Part shown: positions 1 to 15,786 of the stretch, piece after piece
Layout of the letters: each line of letters starts with the position of its first letter
How positions within the stretch are numbered: position 1 is the first letter of the stretch
Assembly (NCBI GenBank): GCA_964016885.1
Contig: OZ024745.1
Location: forward strand, 20,832,001-20,896,000
Direction of reading: 5' to 3'
DNA length: 64,000 nt
From: Eledone cirrhosa
Taxonomy: Eukaryota
The notes under the pieces: generated by a model
What the model saw: the letters and a program-made list of their open reading frames with translations, nothing else
What the model was told of the DNA's origin: nothing
The model's database searches: none
Made by a program: the position numbers and the translations under genes

Positions 1-2465
1 CACCACAAACACCAACACCTACACTAACACCATCACCGAAGCAACAACCAATACCACCAACACCAACACCAACACCACAAACACCACAAACACCAACACC
101 ACCAACACAACCAACACCAACACCACCAACACAACCAACACTAACACCACCAACACAACCAACACCAACACCAACAACACCAACACCAACACCACCAACA
201 CCAACACCACCAACACAACCAACACCAACAACACCAACACCAACACCACCAACACCAACACCACCAACACAACCAACACCAACACCAACAACACCAACAC
301 CAACAACACCAACACCAACACCACCAACACCAACACCACCAACACAACCAACACCAACACCAACAACACCAACACCAACACCAACAACACCAACACCAAC
401 ACCACCGACACAACCAACACCAACAACACCAACACCAACACAACCAACACCAACACCAACAACACCAACACCAACAACAACAACACCAACACCACCAACA
501 CCAACACCACCAACACAACCAACACCAACACCAACAACACCAACACCAACACCACCAACACCAACACCACCAACACAACCAACACCAACACCAACAACAC
601 CAACACCAATACCACCAACACCAACACCACTAACACAACCAACACCAACACCAACACCAACACCACAACCAACACCAACACCTACACCACAAACATCAAC
701 ACCACCACTACCACCACCACCACCACCACCACCAACACAACCAACACCAACACCAACACCACCAACACCAACACCACCAACACCACCACCACCACCACCA
801 TCACCACCACCACCAACACCACCAACACCAACACCACCAACACCACCACCACCACGACCATCACCACCACCACCAACACCACCAACACCAACACCACCCA
901 CACCACCAACACCACCAACACCACCAACACCACCACCACCACCACCACCACCACCACCACCACCACCACCACCACCACCACCACCACCATCACCACCACC
1001 ACCAACACCACCAACACCAACACCACACCCACCAACACCACCACCACCACCAACACCAACACCACCAACACCACCACCATCAACAACACCAACACCACCA
1101 ACACCAACACCAACACCACCAACACCAACACCACCACCACCACCAACACCACCAACACCACCAACACCACCAACACCAACACCACCACCACCACGACCAT
1201 CACCACCACCACCAACACCACCAACACCAACACCACCAACACCACCAACACCACCAACACCACCAACACCAACACCACCACCACCACCACCACCACCACC
1301 ACCACCACCACCACCACCACCACCACCACCACCACCACCACCACCACCACCAACACCACCAACACCAACACCACCAACACCACCAACACCACCACCACCA
1401 ACAACACCAACACCAACACCACCAACACAAACACCACCACCACCAACACCACCACCACCAACACCAACACCACCAACACCACCAACACCAACAACACCAA
1501 CACCACCAACACCAACACCAACACCACCAACACCAACACCACCACCACCACCACCAACACCACCAACACCACCACCACCAACAACACCAACACCACCAAC
1601 ACCAACACGAACACCACCACCACCAACACCACCACCACCACCACCACCACCACCAACACCACCAACACCAACACCAACACCACCAACACCACCACCACCA
1701 ACACCACCAACACCACCAACACCACCAACACCAACACCACCACCACCACCACCACCATCACCACCACCACCAACACAACCAACACCAACACCACCAACAC
1801 CACCACCACCACCAACAACAACAACACCACCGCCACCAACACCACCATCACGACAACCACCACCAACACCACCAACACCAACACCACCAACACCACCAAC
1901 ACCAACACCACCACCACCACCACCACCAACACCAACACCACCAACACAACCAACACCAACACCAACACCACCAACACCAACACCAACACAATGAACACCA
2001 ACACCAACACCACCACCACCACCAACACCATCAACACCAACACCACCACCACCACCACCACCACCACCACCACCATCACCACCACAACCAACACCACCAA
2101 CACCAACACCACCAACACCACCAACACCACCAACACCACCAACACCAACACCACCACCACCACGACCATCACCACCACCACCAACACCACCAACACCAAC
2201 ACCTTCACTAATAATAACGCAAATACTAATAGCAACACCGACACATCCACCACCAATACCACCACCATTACTACCACCACCAATACCACAACCACTACCA
2301 TTAGTACCACCACCAATGGCATCATCACCAACATTACCTCCACCACCATTAGCATCCCTACCAATGCCCCCACCACCACCAGCACTACCACCATTGCCAC
2401 CAGCAGCACCGCCACCACCATTACCACCACCACCACTACCACCACCACCACCACCACCACCATTA
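1..2465. repeat. Degenerate (CAC/CAA)n trinucleotide low-complexity array
   Basis: Continuous ACC/AAC triplets that degenerate towards 2200-2465. The long poly-V/L/T ORFs are by-products of the repeat. Confidence 0.95.
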
Positions 2466-2554
2466 GCATCAACAAAACATATTAGGAAAATAAAGCAAGA
2501 AAATAAGATATTTCAAGTAGAGGAAAATAGAAAACAAAAACATGAACAGCGATT

Positions 2555-3590
<1,036 letters not shown>

Positions 3591-3877
3591 TTTCTGAATT
3601 TGTTTAGCAAGATTCTTTATCTGAAAACGTGTGTTGAAACCGATATTGTTATACTTTGAATGGAATAGCAACATCACATCTTACAATTAAGGACAAAATG
3701 AAAACACACACACACATAGCACAAACAACCAACCAGTAACATGTAAATAAACAAATATAAACACACACAGACACCCGGATGTAACACATGCGCAAACTAA
3801 GCACGCAACACACACAAACACAAGATGGCGTAGGACAGAACAAAGGAGTGGCACAAAAACAAAGAAAAGAATCCCCA

Positions 3878-3920
3878 GTCACTGAAGATGTCACAGAATG
3901 TGTGACGAAAGAACTTCGAC
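3878..3920 (+). ncRNA. Degenerate minimal hammerhead ribozyme motif (Penelope-type)
   Basis: CTGAAGA-T-GTCACA-gaatg-TGTGAC-GAAA gives the core boxes with a perfect 6-bp stem II. Stems I and III are short and imperfect. Confidence 0.5.
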
Positions 3921-4048
3921 AATATATGAACAACTGTCCGGTTATGGAACCAACCAACCGGAAATTTATAAATTTAATTTATAATAAATTGGAGTGAAAG
4001 CAACTGGTGCGTATGTTTCTTATTGGCAACATGACCCTCCCGAAGCAT

Positions 4049-4092
<44 letters not shown>

Positions 4093-4299
4093 TATATAAC
4101 AGAAAATAGAGAAATTAATGTAAGGGTTCATATATGAACAGACTTGGTAATTGATAAAACAGTACAAACCCGGATTACACAACTGAACCTCATCCTATAA
4201 ACCACTGAATATTGGTTAGCATAGTGGTATGAACAGTGTAGTCTTCAACTAACTTCAGGTGTAGCATATCTGTAAACAGCATTTGGGGATGACGTGTAA

Positions 4300-7200
4300 G
4301 AGGTTTATCCGATGAGGATTAACGGGGCTTTATTAGATCAGGATACACTGGGAGGTTATTCCATCAGGACTAACTGGGTTTTTTTTAGGTCAGGACTAAC
4401 TGGAGGTTATTCCATCAGCACAATCTAGGGGTTATTAGATGGGGATTAACTGGAGGTTATTCCATCAGTACTATCTAGGGGTTATTAGATGGAGACTAAC
4501 TGGAGGTTATTCCATCAGTACTATCTAGGAGTTATTAGATGGAGACTAACTGGAGGTTATTCCATCAGCACAATCTAGGGGTTATTAGATGGAGACTAAC
4601 TGGAGGTTATTCCATCAGCACTATCTAGGAGTTATTAGATGGGTACTAACTGGAGGTTATTCCATCAGTACTATCTAGGGGTTATTAGATGGGGACTAAC
4701 TGGAGGTTATTCCATCAGTACTATCTAGGGGTTATTAGATGGGGACTAACTGGAGGTTATTCCATCAGTACTATCTAGGGGTTATTAGATGGGGACTAAC
4801 TGGAGGTTATTGCATCAGCACAATCTAGGGGTTATTAGATGGGGACTAACTGGAGGTTATTCCATCAGCACTATCTAGGAGTTATTAGATGGGGACTAAC
4901 TGGAGGTTATTCCATCAGCACAATCTAGGGGTTATTAGATGGGGACTAACTGGAGGTTATTCCATCAGCACTATCTAGGAGTTATTAGATGGGTACTAAC
5001 TGGAGGTTATTCCATCAGCACAATCTAGGGGTTATTAGATGGGGACTAACTGGAGGTTATTCCATCAGCAATATCTAGGGGTTATTAGATGGGGACTAAC
5101 TGGAGGTTATTCCATCAGCACTATCTAGGGGTTATTAGATGGGGACTAACTGGAGGTTATTCCATCAGCACTATCTAGGGGTTATTAGATGGGGACTAAC
5201 TGGAGGTTATTCCATCAGTACTATCTAGGGGTTATTAGATGGGGACTAACTGGAGGTTATTGCATCAGCACAATCTAGGGGTTATTAGATGGGGACTAAC
5301 TGGAGGTTATTCCATCAGCACTATCTAGGAGTTATTAGATGGGGACTAACTGGAGGTTATTCCATCAGCACAATCTAGGGGTTATTAGATGGGGACTAAC
5401 TGGAGGTTATTCCATCAGCACTATCTAGGAGTTATTAGATGGGTACTAACTGGAGGTTATTCCATCAGCACAATCTAGGGGTTATTAGATGGGGACTAAC
5501 TGGAGGTTATTCCATCAGCACTATCTAGGGGTTATTAGATGGGGACTAACTGGAGGTTATTCCATCAGCACTATCTAGGGGTTATTAGATGGGGACTAAC
5601 TGGAGGTTATTCCATCAGCACAATCTAGGGGTTATTAGATGGGGATTAACTGGAGGTTATTCCATCAGTACTATCTGGGAGTTATTAGATGGGGACAAAC
5701 TGGAGGTTATTCCATCAGTAATATCTAGGGGTTATTAGATGGGGACTAACTGGAGGTTATTCCATCAGTACTATCTAGGGGTTATTAGATGGGGATTAAC
5801 TGGAGGTTATTCCATCAGTACTATCTAGGAGTTATTAGATGGGGACTAACTGGAGGTTATTCCATCAGTACTATCTAGGGGTTATTAGATGGGGATTAAC
5901 TGGAGGTTATTCCATCAGCACTATCTAGGAGTTATTAGATGGAGACTAACTGGAGGTTATTCCATCAGCACTATCTAGGGGTTATTAGATGGGGATTAAC
6001 TGGAGGTTATTCCATCAGCACAATCTAGGGGTTATTAGATGGGGAGTAACTGGAGGTTATTCCATCAGCACTATCTAGGAGTTATTAGATGGGGACTAAC
6101 TGGAGGTTATTCCATCAGCACTATCTAGGAGTTATTAGATGGGGACTAACTGGAGGTTATTCCATCAGTACTATCTAGGAGTTATTAGATGGGGACTAAC
6201 TGGAGGTTATTCCATCAGCACTATCTAGGAGTTATTAGATGGGGACTAACTGGAGGTTATTCCATCAGCACTATCTAGGAGTTATTAGATGGGGATTAAC
6301 TGGAGGTTATTCCATCAGCACTATCTAGGAGTTATTAGATGGGGATTAACTGGAGGTTATTCCATCAGCACTATCTAGGAGTTATTAGATGGGGACTAAC
6401 TGGAGGTTATTCCATCAGTACTATCTAGGAGTTATTAGATGGGGATTAACTGGAGGTTATTCCATCAGTACTATCTAGAAGTTATTAGATGGGGATTAAC
6501 TGGAGGTTATTCCATCAGTACTATCTAGGAGTTATTAGATGGAGACTAACTGGAGGTTATTCCATCAGTACTATCTAGGAGTTATTAGATGGGGACTAAC
6601 TGGAGGTTATTCCATCAGTACTATCTAGGAGTTATTAGATGGGGACTAACTGGAGGTTATTCCATCAGCACAATCTAGGAGTTATTAGATGGAGACTAAC
6701 TGGAGGTTATTCCATCAGTACTATCTAGGAGTTATTAGATGGGGACTAACTGGAGGTTATTCCATCAGCACTATCTAGGAGTTATTAGATGGGGATTAAC
6801 TGGAGGTTATTCCATCAGCACTATCTAGGAGTTATTAGATGGGGACTAACTGGAGGTTATTCCATCAGCACTATCTAGGGGTTATTAGATGGGGACTAAC
6901 TGGAGGTTATTCCATCAGCACAACTAGGGGTTATTAGATGGGGACTAACTGGAGGTTATTCCATCAGCACAACTAGGGGTTATTAGATGGGGACTAACTG
7001 GAGGTTATTCCATCAGCACAACTATGGGTTATTAGATGGGGACTAACTGGAGGTTATTCCATCAGCACTATCTAGGGGTTATTAGATGGGGATTAACTGG
7101 AGGTTATTCCATCAGTACTATCTAGGAGTTATTAGATGGGGACTAACTGGAGGTTATTCCATCAGTACTATCTAGGAGTTATTAGATGGGGACTAACTGG

Positions 7201-10200
7201 AGGTTATTCCATCAGTACTATCTAGGGGTTATTAGATGGGGTCTAACTGGAGGTTATTCCATCAGCACAACTAGGGGTTATTAGATGGGGACTAACTGGA
7301 GGTTATTCCATCAGCACAACTAGGGGTTATTAGATGGGGACTAACTGGAGGTTATTCCATCAGCACTATCTAGGAGTTATTAGATGGGGATTAACTGGAG
7401 GTTATTCCATCAGCACTATCTAGGGGTTATTAGATGGGGATTAACTGGAGGTTATTCCATCAGTACTATCTAGGAGTTATTAGATGGGGACTAACTGGAG
7501 GTTATTCCATCAGTACTATCTAGGAGTTATTAGATGGGGACTAACTGGAGGTTATTCCATCAGTACTATCTAGGGGTTATTAGATGGGGTCTAACTGGAG
7601 GTTATTCCATCAGCACAATCTAGGAGTTATTAGATGGGGATTAACTGGAGGTTATTCCATCAGCACTATCTAGGAGTTATTAGATGGGGTCTAACTGGAG
7701 GTTATTCCATCAGTACTATCTAGGGGTTATTAGATGGGGACTAACTGGAGGTTATTCCATCAGCACTATCTAGGAGTTATTAGATGGGGTCTAACTGGTG
7801 GTTATTCCATCAGTACTATCTAGGGGTTATTAGATGGGGACTAACTGGAGGTTATTCCATCAGCACTATCTAGGAGTTATTAGATGGGGTCTAACTGGAG
7901 GTTATTCCATCAGTACTATCTAGGAGTTATTAGATGGGGACTAACTGGAGGTTATTCCATCAGCACTATCTAGGGGTTATTAGATGGGGACTAACTGGAG
8001 GTTATTCCATCAGTACTATCTAGGGGTTATTAGATGGGGACTAACTGGAGGTTATTCCAACAGTACTATCTAGGAGTTATTAGATGGGGACTAACTGGAG
8101 GTTATTCCATCAGTACTATCTGGAGATTATTAGATGGGGACTAACTGGAGGTTATTCCATCAGTACTATCTGGAGATTATTAGATGGGGTCTAACTGGAG
8201 GTTATTCCATCAGCACAATCTAGGAGTTATTAGATGGGGATTAACTGGAGGTTATTCCATCAGTACTATCTAGGAGTTATTAGATGGGGACTAACTGGAG
8301 GTTATTCCATCAGCACAACTAGGGGTTATTAGATGGGGACTAACTGGAGGTTATTCCATCAGCACTATCTAGGAGTTATTAGATGGGGACTAACTGGAGG
8401 TTATTCCATCAGTACTATCTAGGAGTTATTAGATGGGGACTAACTGGAGGTTATTCCATCAGTACTATCTGGAGATTATTAGATGGGGACTAACTGGAGG
8501 TTATTCCATCAGCACTATCTGGAGATTATTAGATGGGGACTAACTGGAGGTTATTCCATCAGTACTATCTAGGAGTTATTAGATGGGGACTAACTGGAGG
8601 TTATTCCATCAGCACAACTAGGGGTTATTAGATGGGGACTAACTGGAGGTTATTCCATCAGTACTATCTAGGAGTTATTAGATGGGGACTAACTGGAGGT
8701 TATTCCATCAGTACTATCTAGGAGTTATTAGATGGGGACTAACTGGAGGTTATTCCATCAGCACAACTAGGGGTTATTAGATGGGGACTAACTGGAGGTT
8801 ATTCCATCAGTACTATCTAGGAGTTATTAGATGGGGACTAACTGGAGGTTATTCCATCAGTACTATCTAGGAGTTATTAGATGGGGACTAACTGGAGGTT
8901 ATTCCATCAGTACTATCTAGGAGTTATTAGATGGGGACTAACTGGAGGTTATTCCATCAGTACTATCTAGGAGTTATTAGATGGGGACTAACTGGAGGTT
9001 ATTCCATCAGTACTATCTAGGAGTTATTAGATGGGGACTAACTGGAGGTTATTCCATCAGCACTATCTAGGAGTTATTAGATGGGGACTAACTGGAGGTT
9101 ATTCCATCAGCACTATCTAGGAGTTATTAGATGGGGACTAACTGGAGGTTATTCCATCAGCACAACTAGGGGTTATTAGATGGGGACTAACTGGAGGTTA
9201 TTCCATCAGTACTATCTAGGAGTTATTAGATGGGGACTAACTGGAGGTTATTCCATCAGTACTATCTAGGAGTTATTAGATGGGGACTAACTGGAGGTTA
9301 TTCCATCAGTACTATCTAGGAGTTATTAGATGGGGACTAACTGGAGGTTATTCCATCAGCACAACTAGGGGTTATTAGATGGGGACTAACTGGAGGTTAT
9401 TCCATCAGCACAATCTAGGAGTTATTAGATGGGGATTAACTGGAGGTTATTCCATCAGTACTATCTAGGAGTTATTAGATGGAGACTTACTGGAGGTTAT
9501 TCCATCAGCACTATCTAGGAGTTATTAGATGGGGACTAACTGGAGGTTATTCCATCAGCACAACTAGGGGTTATTAGATGGGGACTAACTGGAGGTTATT
9601 CCATCAGCACAATCTAGGAGTTATTAGATGGGGATTAACTGGAGGTTATTCCATCAGTACTATCTAGGAGTTATTAGATGGAGACTTACTGGAGGTTATT
9701 CCATCAGCACTATCTAGGAGTTATTAGATGGGGACTAACTGGAGGTTATTCCATCAGCACAACTAGGGGTTATTAGATGGGGACTAACTGGAGGTTATTC
9801 CATCAGCACAATCTAGGAGTTATTAGATGGGGATTAACTGGAGGTTATTCCATCAGTACTATCTAGGAGTTATTAGATGGGGACTAACTGGAGGTTATTC
9901 CATCAGCACAACTAGGGGTTATTAGATGGGGACTAACTGGAGGTTATTCCATCAGTACTATCTAGGAGTTATTAGATGGGGATTAACTGGAGGTTATTCC
10001 ATCAGCACTATCTAGGGGTTATTAGATGGGGACTAACTGGAGGTTATTCCATCAGCACAATCTAGGAGTTATTAGATGGGGACTAACTGGAGGTTATTCC
10101 ATCAGCACAACTAGGGGTTATTAGATGGGGACTAACTGGAGGTTATTCCATCAGCACTATCTAGGAGTTATTAGATGGGGATTAACTGGAGGTTATTCCA

Positions 10201-12360
10201 TCAGTACTATCTATGAGTTATTAGATGGGGATTAACTGGAGGTTATTCCATCAGCACTATCTAGGGGTTATTAGATGGGGACTAACTGGAGGTTATTCCA
10301 TCAGCACTATCTAGGGGTTATTAGATGGGGACTAACTGGAGGTTATTCCATCAGCACTATCTAGGGGTTATTAGATGGGGACTAACTGGAGGTTATTCCA
10401 TCAGGACTATCTAGGGGTTATTAGATGGGGACTAACTGGAGGTTATTCCATCAGCACAATCTAGGAGTTATTAGATGGGGACTAACTGGAGGTTATTCCA
10501 TCAGCACAACTAGGGGTTATTAGATGGGGACTAACTGGAGGTTATTCCATCAGCACAATCTAGGAGTTATTAGATGGGGACTAACTGGAGGTTATTCCAT
10601 CAGCACAACTAGGGGTTATTAGATGGCGACTAACTGGAGGTTATTCCATCAGCACAATCTAGGAGTTATTAGATGGGGACTAACTGGAGGTTATTCCATC
10701 AGCACTATCTAGGAGTTATTAGATGGGAACTAACTGGAGGTTATTCCATCAGCACTATCTAGGAGTTATTAGATGGGGATTAACTGGAGGTTATTCCATA
10801 AGCACTATCTAGGAGTTATTAGATGGGGACTAACTGGAGGTTATTCCATCAGCACTATCTAGGAGTTATTAGATGGGGATTAACTGGAGGTTATTCCATC
10901 AGCACTATCTAGGAGTTATTAGATGGGGACTAACTAGAGGTTATTCCATCAGCACTATCTAGGAGTTATTAGATGGAGATTAACTGGAGGTTATTCCATC
11001 AGCACTATCTAGGGGTTATTAGATGGGGACTAACTGGAGGTTATTCCATCAGCACAATCTAGGGGTTATTAGATGGCGATTAACTGGAGGTTATTCCATC
11101 AGTACTATCTAGGAGTTATTAGATGGAGACTAACTGTAGGTTATTCCATCAGTACTATCTAGGAGTTATTAGATGGGGACTAACTGGAGGTTATTCCATC
11201 AGCACAATCTAGGGGTTATTAGATGGGGATTAACTGGAGGTTATTCCATCAGTACTATCTAGGAGTTATTAGATGGGGACTAACTGGAGGTTATTCCATC
11301 AGCACTATCTAGGAGTTATTAGATGGGGACTAACTGGAGGTTATTCCATCAGCACTATCTAGGAATTATTAGATGGGGATTAACTGGAGGTTATTCCATC
11401 AGCACTATCTAGGAGTTATTAGATGGGGATTAACTGGAGGTTATTCCATCAGCACTATCTAGGAGTTATTAGATGGAGACTTACTGGAGGTTATTCCATC
11501 ACGACTATCTAGGAGTTATTAGATGGGGACTAACTGGAGGTTATTCCATCAGCACTATCTAGGAGTTATTAGATGGGGACTAACTGGAGGTTATTCCATC
11601 AGCACTATCTAGGAGTTATTAGATGGAGACTAACTGGAGGTTATTCCATCAGCACTATCTAGGAGTTATTAGATGGGGACTAACTGGAGGTTATTCCATC
11701 AGCACTATCTAGGGGTTATTAGATGGGGTCTAACTGGAGGTTATTCCATCAGCACAATCTAGGGGTTATTAGATGGGGACTAATTGGAGGTTATTCCATC
11801 AGCACTATCTGGAGATTATTAGATGGGGACTAACTGGAGGTTATTCCATCAGCACAATCTAGGAGTTATTAGATGGGGACTAACTGGAGGTTATTCCATC
11901 AGTACTATCTTGAGATTATTAGATGGGGACTAACTGGAGGTTATTCCATCAGCACAATCTAGGGGTTATTAGATGGGGACTAACTGGAGGTTATTCCATC
12001 AGCACTATCTGGAGATTATTAGATGGGGACTAATGGAGGTTATTCCATCAGCACTATCTAGGAGTTATTAGATGGGGACTAACTGGAGGTTATTCCATCA
12101 CTACTATCTAGGAGTTATTAGATGGGGACTAACTGGAGGTTATTCCATCAGTACTATCTAGGAGTTATTAGATGGGGACTAACTGGAGGTTATTCCATCA
12201 GCACTATCTAGGGGTTATTAGATTGGGACTAATTGGAGGTTATTCCATCAGCACTATCTGGAGATTATTAGATGGGGAGTAACTGGAGGTTATTCCATCA
12301 GCACTATCTAGGAGTTATTAGATGGGGATTAACTGGAGGGCATTCGATCAGGACTAACAA
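4300..12360. repeat. 50-bp minisatellite array, roughly 160 units
   Basis: Unit GTTATTAGATGGGGACTAACTGGAG-GTTATTCCATCAGCACTATCTAGGA. It comprises two related 25-mers, and diverged 25-mer monomers lie at both array edges. Confidence 0.98.
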
Positions 12361-12702
12361 GGTACTTAATATCGACGATAAAAACAATACCGAAATCATC
12401 TCTATTGTCATTTTGCCGCCTTCTGTTTTTCATCACCAAACCTTTGACCATTACAATGTGACTAACATTGGCTTCATCACTATCCCTGTCATCGTGTTCG
12501 TCATCATCACAATCATAATTGTTAGCATCGGCAACATTATAATCATCATCATCATTGTAGTCGTAGTCTTGGTTGTAGTCGTGGTCATGGTAACCGTCTT
12601 CAATTTTATGGTTTCAGCAAGCTGCTGTGTCATGGCAAATTGGACCCTATCAGCAATGGAAAGTCGAATGGAAACCTTTCTACATTCGATATATATATAT
12701 AT

Positions 12703-13485
12703 GTTTCTTTATTAGCCACAGGGGCACAAAAGAAGGGGACAAATACAAAGGGGGAAGTTTACATACAATAAAAACGTGTAAAATACTATCACAAATACAA
12801 TCTAAAAGTTAATCGATTTTCCCTAATAGGGGGAGACATTATATATGGGTAACACATACCCCCGAAAAAAATGTGCAACCTTCATCTCCAGGAGTACGAA
12901 GAGTTTGTACCCCTTTCCTCTCTTCCTCTTTTTCCTCAACCTACAGGCTGATATAGAGAGAAAGCCCATTCACTCGGGCCATTCTCGCCACTTTCACCCA
13001 TCTTTCATAAAACTTGCTGGGGTACAGCACCTCTCTCTCCATCCTGATTCTTCTTCTAAAGTGGTATTTGAGAAAAAGAATCAGTTGTTGGCCGGAGAGA
13101 AAGGTGTCTAACCTCAGCCCTTTCAACCTTGTCCACCATACAACCTCATTCGCCATAGCTATCACACAAAGCAAAACCGCCTCTCCTTCGTTTTTGAAGG
13201 AGGGTGGCGGTTTGATGATGACAATGGACTCGGTGGTCAACCGGATTGGTCCCACTCGCGACAATAGTCGTTCTACATAGCCCCACAGGTCGGTAACGCC
13301 CGGGCAGTGTATGAATGCATGCGCAACGGTTTCTTCGTCTCGCTCGCACCTCGGACAGATCTTTTTTGCAGGGTCCCTGCCCGAGCGCCCATGTCTGTAG
13401 AGCTTGTCTCGAACCTGGTAGAGCTCCTCGGTAGCACTGCCAGGCCAGGGACTTTTGGAAGTTGTCCATCGGTCCCGGGTGGAAG
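12703..13485 (-). mobile_element. 5'-truncated Tx1-like LINE fragment (subfamily C): ORF2 C-terminus plus 3' UTR
   Basis: Translates to MDNFQKSLAWQCYRGALP ... EVVWWTRLKGLR ... GLSLYISL. The 3' UTR matches those of the copies ending at 49270 and 55620. Confidence 0.93.
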
Positions 13486-14325
13486 ATCGATAAGTGTATT
13501 AAGTCGGGTCTTCTCCATCGATTTCATAGATAGAGATATTAAATAGAAAGTAGGTTTCGATTATAACAGTTCAACACACGTAGGTTGGCTGAAAACTTCA
13601 TAAGCTGACTATGAAGGAGTGATGCTAGAGTTGTGAAATCTTGCATGCATTAATTTCAACTCTTCTTATTAATAATTGTAATGTTTCTTTCTATGTGAGA
13701 CTGTGTTGAAAAATAAACCTTATTTCGTTATTCTAGTGTCAGTCATTGAACTTTTCAGTCATACCTCGTAGACTTTGGTGTGATCACACACGTCACAAAA
13801 TATCTTCTTTCGATGTTATTAAATCTTTCACAACTAACCTGCAATATTTCGGAATCGATATTTCCATGTAATAACCATAAATATCTTCGAGACGATGTAA
13901 GCTAAATACAGCCCAATTATTCTTAGGACTACGTAAAAAAATAATCAAATGTCCCGAAACTATTATAAAGATGTTGGGTTTATTTATGGTGTGATCATAA
14001 AATGAAATAAACGAAAGAAAATAACTCAAACCAGCCCTTGGTATGAATTTAGATAATTACGATAAGGAGAAATATTGTGAATGCTGCATGTAAATATGTG
14101 TTAATTATTTGAAATTCCTCTCTGGGTTATAGAAAGAAAACAAACCTTTAGCGACTATTGTTACCGACTTTCACAGCAAAAGGGAGATAATTTCCATGAA
14201 TTACAAATTAATTTCTCAGAAATAATTAATTTACATATTTAAGAGAAATACATTTTCATAGTTGTTTGCAGGTATAAATGTACAATTATGGATATGTTTC
14301 AGTGTATTTCACCTCATCAGCATAG

Positions 14326-14353
<28 letters not shown>

Positions 14354-14356
<3 letters not shown>

Positions 14357-14409
14357 TCCAGGAATAGCCGTTGAAACGGCTTGAGTTCTGCCTTCGGGGT
14401 CTTGAACAT

Positions 14410-14414
<5 letters not shown>
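14354..14414 (+). mobile_element. Short fragment of (TA)n-embedded mini-element family B (3' half of a hammerhead-like motif)
   Basis: Matches copies at 16306, 19043, 25152 and 26456 (GAAACGGCTTGAGCTCTGCCGTCGGGGTC-like core). Confidence 0.7.
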
Positions 14415-14797
<383 letters not shown>

Positions 14798-15066
14798 AGC
14801 ATTTTTAAATGGTACTCTCAAATTAGTCGTGCGAAACCATTTTGCTGACTTGAGAGCTGGTGAAGGAGAAGACATGTGTATAAACTTGTCTTGTACATCA
14901 CCTTCCTTTATTGCCTTCTTCCAGTCATTTCTATGTGCCAACATACATTTCCTTGTTCTCTTCCTCCTCCTTTAATCTATTCTGTATTTCAACTGCCTTT
15001 CACCCTCCACCCAGAACAATGTTTAACTGAATACACCGGCTTTTTCTCAATATCTAATTCTATCTT

Positions 15067-15095
15067 TTGACGAAGGACTAATGTCCGAAACGTTA
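15067..15095 (+). ncRNA. Decayed minimal Penelope-type hammerhead motif
   Basis: tTGACGA-A-GGAC-taat-GTCC-GAAACGTTA with a palindromic AACGTT stem III. The first core C is mutated to T and stem I is not evident. Confidence 0.5.
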
Positions 15096-15281
15096 ATTCT
15101 CTTTTCCTACTATATCAAGCATTAAACTAATATATTTCTTCATTGTACTGTGCTTTTGGCTATATGGTTTCCGTTTACTCTCTGCATATAAACACACACA
15201 TATGTATACATAAATATGTGTGCGTGGGGGGGGGGCGAATGTATATACATACATGCATATATATATATATACATATATATA

Positions 15282-15368
<87 letters not shown>

Positions 15369-15699
15369 CTGCATGCGAACAGTTAGAGTGTATTTGCTAC
15401 ATTGCAGTTATATAGATGTTCAGTTATATAGACGTTCAATTCTGCAATGGCCAAATATTGAGGAGGTAATCAATAAAAGAACCATTAGTTTGCCTTGAAC
15501 TGAGTTTACGTGGATAGAATGTCGGACATTTGTCCCTGCGTCCATCTAACATACAGTCAATCAATAATGCACTGCAATCACTTACATATGCACAAACGTA
15601 GGAAACATGCACACTTGAACACATGCACATATCTATACTACATACACAACAAACAAATGTAGATAAAACCCATACGTGCACACACATACATACATGCAA

Positions 15700-15782
<83 letters not shown>

Positions 15783-15786
<4 letters not shown>

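Noticed and set aside
1-2485. Long Val/Leu- or Thr/Asn-rich ORFs as mucin-like or membrane proteins
   Set aside because: They are open only because the triplet repeat lacks stops, and there is no unique coding sequence or splice context.
4300-12360. 50-bp array as a CRISPR-like repeat-spacer locus
   Set aside because: There are no unique spacers, only a few biallelic positions; no cas genes are present and the context is eukaryotic.
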